Shown here in pieces: positions 1 to 8,133 of a DNA stretch of 14,516 nt. The first letter of the stretch is position 1, and every line of letters starts with the position of its first letter. The notes under the pieces were generated by a model. That model ran no database searches. It saw nothing but the letters and a program-made list of their open reading frames with translations, and had not been told where the DNA came from. The translations under genes and the position numbers were made by a program. The stretch is from Lysobacterales bacterium (GTDB taxonomy: Bacteria; Pseudomonadota; Gammaproteobacteria; Xanthomonadales; SZUA-5): the NCBI GenBank assembly GCA_022844165.1, contig JALHMH010000058.1, positions 1 to 14,516 on the forward strand, given 5' to 3'.

Positions 1-196
1 AGAAGTTGACGTCCATACTCGACACCGCAGTCGCACCCGCGGTAAATCGAACCGCAAGAATTGCGTTGCTTCCGGGCGCTGTCGGAGCGTTGGTATGCAC
101 CACCGTAATCGTCTGTGCGTTTACGGCAGAAACTGCAAAGCCTGCCGCCATAATGGCGGCTAGGCTTCGTTTTAACAGGGCATTAATAGACTTCAC
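1..196 (-). CDS. Secreted protein with cohesin-like N-terminus (5' part only; continues off the left edge)
   Basis: Not in the ORF track; translated by hand with no stop: MKSINALLKRSLAAIMAAGFAVSAVNA|QTITVVHTNAPTAPGSNAILAVRFTAGATAVSSMDVNF. GTG at 196 lies 9 nt after AAGGAG (206-211); in-frame ATG at 205 is an alternative. Sec signal ends VNA; TITV..APG..LAVRF..VSSMDVNF resembles the first cohesin beta-strands. Confidence 0.8.
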   Translation of the reverse strand, partial: MKSINALLKRSLAAIMAAGFAVSAVNAQTITVVHTNAPTAPGSNAILAVRFTAGATAVSSMDVNF

Positions 197-235
197 GTCA
201 CTCATCTCCTTCGTTCTTATTAGTTATGCGTCAGC

Positions 236-670
236 TCATTCTGCAATGGTAAAAGCTGAAGAGATGAGAGAGCCGTCGCGGGCTCCAATCTCGACATCGC
301 TGACGACCATTGAGTTAACCTTTACTCGGGAAACCCCGATGGTCCCTACGTTTTGCAATCCGGCTGGAAGCGCAGTCAGCGATGGGCTATAACCCACCAA
401 AACGATCTTACCGTTGACATACTCGCACTTGCCGGACCAGCCTTTCGGCAAACCAGACATACACTTGCTCAAGTCGAAGTTGTCGCCGGTTGCGCCTTCG
501 ACAGAGAAGAACGCCTGAAATACGACTGCGCGTCCGTCGGTCGACAGATCAATGCTATATGCTGCGGTCCCGCCTTTGGATGCCGCTCCCGTGATGACGA
601 ACTGGTCGCTTCCATTTGCAAAAGCGGACGAACTGGCAATGGCCAGTGCGATTGATGCGAAGAGTCTCAT
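236..670 (-). CDS. Secreted stand-alone cohesin-like beta-sandwich protein
   Basis: GGAG RBS 6 nt upstream; signal peptide ending AFA; ~125 aa beta-rich mature part with cohesin-like motifs (YSIDL..VVFQAFF, KIVLVGYS..ALPAG..VGTI, VSDVEIG..DG); two Cys. CDS is solid; the cohesin call is by eye. Confidence 0.72.
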   Translation of the reverse strand: MRLFASIALAIASSSAFANGSDQFVITGAASKGGTAAYSIDLSTDGRAVVFQAFFSVEGATGDNFDLSKCMSGLPKGWSGKCEYVNGKIVLVGYSPSLTALPAGLQNVGTIGVSRVKVNSMVVSDVEIGARDGSLISSAFTIAE

Positions 671-698
671 ACTTTTCTCCGAAAATTACTTGGGCCGA

Positions 699-1547
699 TT
701 AATCAGTTTGACCGATAGTGTTGATGAGGGCCGTGATGTCAAGCGCATTGACCACACCGTTCTCCGAACAATCGACCTGACCCGCGGCCAGAGTCCCACC
801 AATTTCATTGATTAGAGCGGTAATATCAAGGGCGTTCGCAGTCCCATTGCCATTTGCATCGCATCGACGAAGACGCGGCGGCGTCGTTGTACGCCGAGAA
901 TCGAATTCGTCAAAGAAGACTGGCGTTGTGACAGTTACGCCCGTTGTCGCGAGAAGTCCAAGTTGGACATCCTGCACTTGCTGTGTCGCGGACGTTCCGT
1001 TCGAAGCAATGATGATTTCTTCATTGTTCGTGCAACTTGTCGCCGGAGCTGTGCACGGGACTGCACCTGCGCCACGAATGCGTCCAGAAACTCCGCCGGC
1101 CTGCGACCAGTCGAGCTGAACCATATACCAACGGTTGTCCTGCACCGTTAGAGAGTCCGTGCCTCCACCAATTTGGCTGACTGTCATCGTCGCGCCGTCG
1201 TGCGTCACGTTGAAAACGCTCGCTGCGGAACCGTTACGGGCCCGGAACACATCGCTGGTACCAGTGATATCGCCAGTGAAGTAATAGAAGCGAACGCGGT
1301 ACGAGGTTTCGTTTTGCGGCGTGTTGTCCTGTACAAACTTGTTCTGTGCGTTGACGCGCAATCCACAACGTCCACTGTAGCGGGAAAAGCCACCCGCCGA
1401 AGGCGCGGTGCCGTTCGGCTCACCGGCATCAGCCGCGACTAAACCAGTGGCCGAAGACCATGCGCTGATTGCGCATGCAGATGCAGCGTTTGCACCAAGA
1501 AGGAGTGCGGCAGCGATGGCCGTACCCAGGAAAGCTTTCTGTTTCAT
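699..1547 (-). CDS. Secreted protein with beta-sandwich (possibly LamG/ConA-like) domain and C-terminal dockerin-like module
   Basis: Signal peptide MKQKAFLGTAIAAALLLGANAASA; C-terminus CDANGNGTANALDITALINEI-linker-VDCSENGVVNALDITALINTI is a duplicated DxN/SxNxxxNxxD calcium loop plus helix, as in dockerins. Confidence 0.85.
   Translation of the reverse strand: MKQKAFLGTAIAAALLLGANAASACAISAWSSATGLVAADAGEPNGTAPSAGGFSRYSGRCGLRVNAQNKFVQDNTPQNETSYRVRFYYFTGDITGTSDVFRARNGSAASVFNVTHDGATMTVSQIGGGTDSLTVQDNRWYMVQLDWSQAGGVSGRIRGAGAVPCTAPATSCTNNEEIIIASNGTSATQQVQDVQLGLLATTGVTVTTPVFFDEFDSRRTTTPPRLRRCDANGNGTANALDITALINEIGGTLAAGQVDCSENGVVNALDITALINTIGQTD
720..836 (-). repeat. Intragenic dockerin duplication (NALDITALIN x2 at 807-836 and 720-749)
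   Basis: Ten identical residues 29 aa apart; 8 of the 10 codons differ only at synonymous third positions. Confidence 0.9.
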
Positions 1548-2122
1548 AGCGATAACCCCAGTTGGGTGAAAGTTTGCATGCCTGGATGCGATGCCTCGCT
1601 GTTACGCGCACGGCACCTCACCGCACAAGGCTAACATAGCCCTGTACGAAAAATAAAGACGCGGGAACTTCTTCTTTTCTCTCAGGCGAGCGTGAGAAAA
1701 CTGCGACACGAGGCACATTTGTCCGTGGAGGATGCGTCGAACTGCTTCGAGTGGATGCCTTCGCCAGGGCTGGCACTTTGGCTGGGCGTTCAGTTCGAGC
1801 TTGTTCCATTGACGTTTTCAATTGACCTCATTGTAGAGCGGCCAATGCATAAAGTTGTTCATCAAGGTGCAGCGCACCCTGATCTGCTATAGAACATCTC
1901 GCGATGGCAGCTATCGGCGAAGCATTGAAGATTTCGTTCGACTCGGCACCAAATGCGCGGCCAAAGCGGCCAAGGACATCTTTGGCGACAAACGCTTTGG
2001 CACCGCTGCCCGTGACTGACACGTCGATGCAACGGCCGCTGCCAACGCGATTGATGGCCAGTCTCGGAATTTGGGTGGCGCTACACTAGGATAGCACCCG
2101 GCCCTGCAACGATACGATGCCC

Positions 2123-2716
2123 ATGATCGGACGACTTCGCGGCGAACTTGTCATGAAAAAACCGCCGCTTCTGGAGATCGATGTCGGCGGCGTCGGTTAC
2201 GAATTGGAGGCGCCGATGAGCACGTTCTACGAACTTCCGGCACTTGGCGCAACGGTCTCATTACATACGCATCTTGCGATCAAGGAGGATGCGCATTCTC
2301 TTTACGGTTTCTTCACCGAAGCCGAACGAGAGCTGTTTCGCACCTTGGTGAAGGTTTCGGGCATCGGCGCAAAGACCGCGCTGTCGATTTTGTCCGGTGC
2401 GTCGGTGGACGAGTTTGCGCGCATGGTGCAACGGGCGGATATCGCATCGTTGACGCGTGTGCCCGGCATCGGCAAAAAAACCGCCGAACGCCTTGTGGTC
2501 GAACTGAAGGACAAGGTTGGCGCCGGCGATCAGGTGACGCTTTCCCAACCCAAAACCGGGCAACCGGCGGACGCGGTCAGCGAAGCATCGATCGCGCTGC
2601 AGGCGCTCGGTTACAAGCCACAAGAGGTCAGCAAGCTGGTCAGCGCGGCGTCGGCTCCGGGCGACACGGCGGAGGCCATCATTCGCAAAGCGCTCAAGAG
2701 TGCGCTGCGTTCGTGA
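2123..2716 (+). CDS. ruvA: Holliday junction branch migration protein RuvA
   Basis: MIGRLRG start, [27 protein letters not shown] and [19 protein letters not shown] HhH motifs, C-terminal ALQALGY. Alternative ATG at 2117. Confidence 0.97.
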   Translation: MIGRLRGELVMKKPPLLEIDVGGVGYELEAPMSTFYELPALGATVSLHTHLAIKEDAHSLYGFFTEAERELFRTLVKVSGIGAKTALSILSGASVDEFARMVQRADIASLTRVPGIGKKTAERLVVELKDKVGAGDQVTLSQPKTGQPADAVSEASIALQALGYKPQEVSKLVSAASAPGDTAEAIIRKALKSALRS

Positions 2717-3441
2717 CGCGATTTGGTCTGGCTCGACGCTTGTCGAAGCTGGGGCTTTGCTCGCGAACCGAAGCTGCGCGCTGGATCGCCCTTGGGCGTG
2801 TTGGAATCGACGGACGGCCGTGCTTCGACCCTGAGTTTCCGACCACGGAGAAAACCCGGATTCAGATCGATGGCGTCGACGCTTCTGCCTCGATGCCACG
2901 ATACATCTGCCTGAACAAACCGCGCGGGCTGGTGACGAGCCGATCGGATGAACAAGGCCGGGACACCGTGTACACCTGCCTGCCAACGGACGCCTGGTTG
3001 GCGCCGGCAGGTCGCCTGGATAAGGCGAGCGAGGGGCTTTTGTTGCTGAGCAACGACTCGGCGTGGTCGGCCTGGATCACGTCCCCGGATTCGCTGGTGC
3101 GCAAGACATATCATGTGAAGATCAATCGGGTTCCGAGCGACAACTTACTCGCCACATTGCGTGGCGGAATCTCTGATCGCGGCGAGACGCTGACTGCGTC
3201 CGAGGTTCGTACCTTGAGAACAGAGGATCGTACCGCGTGGCTTGAGTTCATCTTGCACGAAGGCCGCAATCGACATATTCGACGCATGCTTGAAGTGCTG
3301 GATATTGAGGTCTTGCGACTGGTCCGGGTTGCGATCGGTGGGCTGCCACTGGGTGCACTGACGAAGGGCCAGTGGCGCGATCTGTCGCGCGCAGAACTGC
3401 TCGCCGCCGGTCTCGCTGCGCCGAATTGGCTATCTACCTGA
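2713..3441 (+). CDS. rRNA pseudouridine synthase, RsuA/RluB/RluE/RluF family, with S4 domain
   Basis: S4-like [19 protein letters not shown]; LNKPRG; catalytic [16 protein letters not shown]; [10 protein letters not shown]; [11 protein letters not shown] overlap with the ruvA stop suggests translational coupling. Confidence 0.93.
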   Translation: MTRFGLARRLSKLGLCSRTEAARWIALGRVGIDGRPCFDPEFPTTEKTRIQIDGVDASASMPRYICLNKPRGLVTSRSDEQGRDTVYTCLPTDAWLAPAGRLDKASEGLLLLSNDSAWSAWITSPDSLVRKTYHVKINRVPSDNLLATLRGGISDRGETLTASEVRTLRTEDRTAWLEFILHEGRNRHIRRMLEVLDIEVLRLVRVAIGGLPLGALTKGQWRDLSRAELLAAGLAAPNWLST

Positions 3442-3878
3442 AACGCGCCATGGCCGCGGGCAGGGTGCGGCGGCTTTTCACTCTCGATCTGAACCCGCGC
3501 CGTCCGCTACTTCGGTTCGCGATCGCCGGGCGCCACGTCTTGAGCATCAGGCGTATCGGAATGTGGCTTAGTTGTCTTTTGGTTCCGATGTTCGAAAGCG
3601 TCCTGTCTTATGTCCAGGGAATGAAGATACAGCCCTGACCCTCCAATCGGAACGACGAGCGGCTATCCCCACCGGGCCGGAATCCGAGCGCACTCGCTCG
3701 GCGGGGAAGTGACAAGTTCGTGGAGCGAAGCCAACCCATCCTGGTTTAAGGCGCAGTCCGGCATGAACTTTACAGGTCTCAATCGCCACTTTGGCACCTC
3801 GCAGGAGTGTTCTGCGTTTACATTCGCCACTGCGAGATGTTAAGTTTTCTCAACTCCCCTCTTCAGGACACTACACGC

Positions 3879-5117
3879 ATGCGTACTCGCCTCGTGACCG
3901 TTGCGTTGATGTCGGCACTCGCCACATCGCCCGCCTATGCCATTACCTCTGACGAGGTCAATGCGGGCATCCAGTTCAACTTCGCCAATCCTGGCGCGCG
4001 CGCCCTTGGCATGGGCGGGGCTTTTCTGGGGCTCGCAGATGATGCGACCGCTGCCTATACCAACCCGGCTGGACTGACAATTCTCGGCGCTTCTGAAATC
4101 GCGATCGAGTACCGCAACACGGATTACACGACCCCATTTGCCTCCGGCGGCAGTTTCCGAACCAATCCTTTCGACTCGGCAAACCTCGGCGTCGCCGAGG
4201 CCGACTCGAACGCGAGCAATATCGCGTATTTCAGTTTTACCCACGCTGGAGATGGCTGGGCTCTGGCGGCTTATCGGCATCAGCCGCTGTCGTTCGATGT
4301 GGCCTATACGCAGCAACAGATCAACATCCTGAACGCGGCAGGCCAGCAGGTCAGCTTTCTGCCGTTGAAAACCACGAGCCTGGATACTGAGTTGGTCAAC
4401 TATGGTTTGTCTGGCGCCTATCGTTTCGGGGACAATTTTTCGCTTGGCCTGGGCGCGGTGTATTCGCAGTTCGAAATCGACTCGCGAACGACGCGCGCCG
4501 GACGCAATTTTCAGTTGCAGCAGGGCGACCAAAGCGACTTGACGTTCAACTTTGGTGCATTGTGGAAGCTCAATGAGCGCTGGTCTCTGGGCGCGGCCTA
4601 TCGCCGCGGCGGGAGCTTCCAATACGCAGCCGGCAACTTCAACGCAGCGGGCGATGCATTGGTTCTGGCAAACACTTCGTTCAACGTGCCGCATGTGTTC
4701 GGTGCGGGCGTGAGCTGGCGTCCGAGCGACAATTTTGCGCTTGCGCTGGACGTCAATCGCGTCGAATACGGACGCCTCGCAAAAGGCTTCGACGACATCT
4801 TTGGTGCCGCGACGATTCTCGATATCGATGACGGCACCGAAATCCGCTTGGGCGGCGAGTATGTGTTCAGTCAGTTCGCGAACCCGTTTTCGGTCCGGGC
4901 CGGCATCTGGCGCGAGCCGGAGCACGCGCTGTTTGCGACGGGCCCGATCAACGATTTGAATGTGGATGTCGATCGCGCCTTGTTTTTGCGCGGCGACGAT
5001 GAAATCCACTATTCCCTCGGCCTCGGATGGGCCTTCCAGAGCTTCCAGTTCGATTTGGCAGCGGATCTCTCGGACAACGTGGATACCTATTCGGCATCGG
5101 GCGTCGTGCGCTTCTGA
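3879..5117 (+). CDS. Outer-membrane beta-barrel, FadL/OmpP1/TodX (PorV-like) superfamily
   Basis: ATG 3879 with AGGA upstream; signal peptide ending AYA; hallmark GARALGMGGAFLGLADDATAAYTNPAGL; amphipathic strands; C-terminal Phe (GVVRF). Confidence 0.9.
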   Translation: MRTRLVTVALMSALATSPAYAITSDEVNAGIQFNFANPGARALGMGGAFLGLADDATAAYTNPAGLTILGASEIAIEYRNTDYTTPFASGGSFRTNPFDSANLGVAEADSNASNIAYFSFTHAGDGWALAAYRHQPLSFDVAYTQQQINILNAAGQQVSFLPLKTTSLDTELVNYGLSGAYRFGDNFSLGLGAVYSQFEIDSRTTRAGRNFQLQQGDQSDLTFNFGALWKLNERWSLGAAYRRGGSFQYAAGNFNAAGDALVLANTSFNVPHVFGAGVSWRPSDNFALALDVNRVEYGRLAKGFDDIFGAATILDIDDGTEIRLGGEYVFSQFANPFSVRAGIWREPEHALFATGPINDLNVDVDRALFLRGDDEIHYSLGLGWAFQSFQFDLAADLSDNVDTYSASGVVRF

Positions 5118-6025
5118 TCGAGATTTGCGGGGATGCCACGGGGCGTCCCCGCATTTTCGTAGGTTTCGCCGGGGAATCGTTTATAGGTCCATTGGTACTG
5201 CTCCGGGCAAGAGCGTGCCAGTCTTTCGACAGCACGGTTGAGCGCTATCGTATCCGTAATCGGTCCAAAATCGAAAAACCGAACCCCATAACCGGCGCCC
5301 AGCGGCAAACGCTCCGCCCACGCAAACAGCACCGTTGCCCCAGTTCGCTGCGCGAGCTTGGGCAGCAGGGTCATCGTGAGCGCTGCATGACCGAAAAATG
5401 GCGCCCATTCGCCCTCCCCCGCCCGCGGCACCTGATCTGGCAAGATGCCGGCGCATCCGCCGGCCTTGAGCGTCCGGAGCAGCGCACGAACGCCACTTGC
5501 ATCCGCCGGCACCGGCGTGGCACCCAACCTTGCACGACCGGCGTTGATCAGGTTCTCGACCAGGCGCGATTTGGGCGGTCTGTACAGCACCGACAGCGGC
5601 GCCTGCGCGCTCAGAAACAGGTTCAGAGCTTCCCAGGCACCCAAGTGTGGCGCCGCAATGATCAGGCCGTTCTCAGCAGCTAATGCTGCGCGGTAGCACG
5701 CCTCGCCTTCGATCACCTGCACACGCGACAATACCGCAGAGACTGGCCGGGTCCAGAGCCACGGCAGTTCAAAGAAGCTTGCGCCGGTGTGTCGCAGCAC
5801 CCGCAACGCGTAACTCTCAATGATCTCGGGCGCCCACTCGGGATAGACCAGCCGAAGGTTATCGCGTACGCGCTTGTGCTCACGTCGATGTCTCGGCCAA
5901 AGCGAACCCAGAAATGCACCAAAAGCCTGTAGCGCGCGCAGTGAGCAACGCCCAAACATCCATAGCAGCGCGTGGAACAATCGTAAACTCGCGGGTTTGT
6001 GATAAGACTGACTTGCCATTGTCAT
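5087..6025 (-). CDS. Lipid A lauroyl/LpxL(HtrB)-family acyltransferase
   Basis: PHLGAWE (HxxxxD/E), LYRPPK, ILPDQVP, APFFG, PEQYQWTYKRF. Start could be 6019. Confidence 0.9.
   Translation of the reverse strand: MTMASQSYHKPASLRLFHALLWMFGRCSLRALQAFGAFLGSLWPRHRREHKRVRDNLRLVYPEWAPEIIESYALRVLRHTGASFFELPWLWTRPVSAVLSRVQVIEGEACYRAALAAENGLIIAAPHLGAWEALNLFLSAQAPLSVLYRPPKSRLVENLINAGRARLGATPVPADASGVRALLRTLKAGGCAGILPDQVPRAGEGEWAPFFGHAALTMTLLPKLAQRTGATVLFAWAERLPLGAGYGVRFFDFGPITDTIALNRAVERLARSCPEQYQWTYKRFPGETYENAGTPRGIPANLDQKRTTPDAE
5126..5157 (+). terminator. Intrinsic terminator of the barrel gene
   Basis: 12-bp stem TGCGGGGATGCC/GGCGTCCCCGCA (one G-U pair), 4-nt loop, then TTTT, starting 9 nt after the stop. 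Confidence 0.7.
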
Positions 6026-6048
6026 GATGACGCGCCACGCTGCTTCGT

Positions 6049-6867
6049 ATGGACGACACTACCCCCGGTGAGACACTGCGTGCGGCCTGTGCGCGCGAAC
6101 TGGAAAGCGCCCTCGCTCGACTGACGGCTGAGCGCGGCGATCGCGATCTTGCCGTCCATGAAGCGCGCAAGAGCATACGGCGTGTGCGCGCCTGGATGCG
6201 ACTGTTGAGCCGGGATCGACGCGAATTGTTGCAGGACTCTGACCACGCACTGCGGAGCCTGCGTCGCACGCTGGGCCCGTTGCGCGATGCGGCTTCGAGA
6301 ATCGCCGCTCTGGAGGCGTTAACGCGCAAGCGCGATGCGATCGAGATCAGGCCAGCATTGTCCGTTTCTCTGAGCGACCTGAAGGCGCGCAAGGCACAAC
6401 TTTGGCGACAATATCCGCGCCGCGGCCAGGCATTCACGCGACTGCGTGACGGGTTGACGACGGTGATTCGATCGATCCCGACCTGGCCGCTGCACGATGT
6501 GAATTCTCGGGAGATCCGCCGTGGACTGAAGCGGGCCTTTCGTCGTGCGGTCGAGTCTGGCGAGGCGTGTCGTGGAACAACGGGCGCCATCCGACGGCAC
6601 GCATGGCGCGGGAGAGTGCGGGTATTCCTGCTGCAATCGCAGCTCTTCGCGCCCACCAACGTCGACCTGGGTCGGCTCAAGATGCTGGTGCAGCACATGG
6701 GCAATGAAAACGATTTGGCGCAGGTTGAACGCGCCATCTCACGCAAGCTGGATCGTCATATTCGGCTCACGGTCCGGCAATACACCAAGAGCCATCGACA
6801 TGCACTGGGCAAACGCAACGATCGCCGCGCCGCGCGCATCCTCAACGCAAAGACGATCGCCTTCTGA
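6049..6867 (+). CDS. Stand-alone CHAD domain protein (putative polyphosphate-binding)
   Basis: AVHEARKSIRRVRAWMRLL, LGPLRDA, second repeat RHAWR...MGNENDL; helical and very Arg-rich. Confidence 0.85.
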   Translation: MDDTTPGETLRAACARELESALARLTAERGDRDLAVHEARKSIRRVRAWMRLLSRDRRELLQDSDHALRSLRRTLGPLRDAASRIAALEALTRKRDAIEIRPALSVSLSDLKARKAQLWRQYPRRGQAFTRLRDGLTTVIRSIPTWPLHDVNSREIRRGLKRAFRRAVESGEACRGTTGAIRRHAWRGRVRVFLLQSQLFAPTNVDLGRLKMLVQHMGNENDLAQVERAISRKLDRHIRLTVRQYTKSHRHALGKRNDRRAARILNAKTIAF

Positions 6868-6878
6868 TTGCCGCGTTT

Positions 6879-8048
6879 TCAAACTGGAACCAGCCAACCC
6901 AGCTGCTCGAAGCCAGCGAACACGCGCCGCGTTTCTTCGACGGTGACGCGCGTGCTCGCGGCGGCCGAGAGTACCGTACATCCGACCCGCAATTCGCCGA
7001 TCACGCGCTCGGCAGTCCGATAGCCGGTATCCGTCAAACCGTGGCTCAAGCGCACTGCCTGGCGATCGCCGATTCGCAACTGCGCATGATTGGCGTAGGC
7101 ACTGAGCCACATGAGTTCGGTATAGGGTCGAGCCACCAGCGTGGCACTGATCTGAGCGAATTCATGGACACCCAGTTCGCGCCAGTCGCTGCGTCGTATG
7201 TGATGTCGGCAGCACTCCTCAAACACACTCAGGCTGCCTTTTGCATAAAACGTTGCTCGGCGCGGATCGAGTGTCAGTGCGATATCGTCGATGAGGATCT
7301 GCGCCGGGCCAGACAGCAGGCGTGGCCCAAGGAACTCCATTAAAGAAGCAATGTTGTCGTCGGACTGCAATGCCAACCCGCTGGGAACGGCGAGATCGAC
7401 CAGCGCCGATCGTTTCTCATTGCGATTGCCGCCCGCATCGGTCCTGCCGGTCGTGGCTTCGACACCGACGGTCTCATCGAGCGCGATGGTGCGCAACGTG
7501 TCCTGCGGCGATGGGCGGACGCGAAAAACACTCTCCGCAGCATCGATCATCGCTTGCTCGCGCCGCCGGTGCTCGCTGGACGTAGAGATGTCGAACGCCT
7601 CCAAGCCATCGAGTTCGAACGAACTTGGCGAGTGCCAGGCCTCGTGAGCGTCTTCTTCGAACAACTCGTCGTAAATGCTGTGCTGGATCGAACCGCTCAG
7701 CTCAGCGTGTTTCGCCCCGACAGGCTGCACAGGCTGAGGCTCAAGTACCGTGACAGGCACATGACCGTTCAACAACCGAATCAGTGCCTCCTTGTCGATC
7801 GGCCACGACAATCGTTGCATGCTGCCGGCACCGAAAACCGAGTCGATGACGCGGACAAATCGCTGAGTGCTGGCCGGCGCATCAATCGCATGATCGTGAA
7901 TGATCAACAGATCCGCGTGCGCATCACCTTCCCGGCGTAGGCGCCAGGGTGCGTTGAGTCTGCCGATCACTCGCCGCAACAGCAGCCGCAGGTAAGCGAT
8001 TTCCTCATCGCTCGCGCTGTTGAATTCGACAATCCTATCGCTGGCCAA
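6879..8048 (-). CDS. Hypothetical cytoplasmic protein
   Basis: 389-aa ORF filling the space between neighbours; TTG start with GGGGAAG upstream; acidic central linker; no confident family. Confidence 0.75.
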   Translation of the reverse strand: MASDRIVEFNSASDEEIAYLRLLLRRVIGRLNAPWRLRREGDAHADLLIIHDHAIDAPASTQRFVRVIDSVFGAGSMQRLSWPIDKEALIRLLNGHVPVTVLEPQPVQPVGAKHAELSGSIQHSIYDELFEEDAHEAWHSPSSFELDGLEAFDISTSSEHRRREQAMIDAAESVFRVRPSPQDTLRTIALDETVGVEATTGRTDAGGNRNEKRSALVDLAVPSGLALQSDDNIASLMEFLGPRLLSGPAQILIDDIALTLDPRRATFYAKGSLSVFEECCRHHIRRSDWRELGVHEFAQISATLVARPYTELMWLSAYANHAQLRIGDRQAVRLSHGLTDTGYRTAERVIGELRVGCTVLSAAASTRVTVEETRRVFAGFEQLGWLVPV

Positions 8049-8133
8049 AATACGCGCTCTTCCCCGTTTTCGTGACCAATGATCGGTCGGCGCGCCGACA
8101 TACGCAACTTCACGTCAAAGGTCGTCGCGAACG

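Noticed and set aside
6-392. 128-aa plus-strand ORF
   Set aside because: Antisense to two minus-strand genes that have RBSs and signal peptides.
1618-2089. Several 60-67 aa ORFs between the dockerin gene and ruvA; possible ruvC remnant or LexA box
   Set aside because: No RBS, motif or RuvC similarity and no convincing SOS box; probably a divergent promoter region. TACACT at 2082-2087 lacks a good -35.
3442-3878. 6S RNA, tmRNA or cobalamin riboswitch
   Set aside because: Hallmark conserved motifs not found in the right order on either strand.
3840-5009. 389-aa minus-strand ORF
   Set aside because: Shadow frame of the FadL-like gene, common in GC-rich DNA; no motifs.
5880-6746. 288-aa minus-strand ORF and other long overlapping ORFs (2261-2986, 5027-5683)
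   Set aside because: Antisense to well-supported genes, with Arg/Ser/Ala-rich shadow-frame composition.
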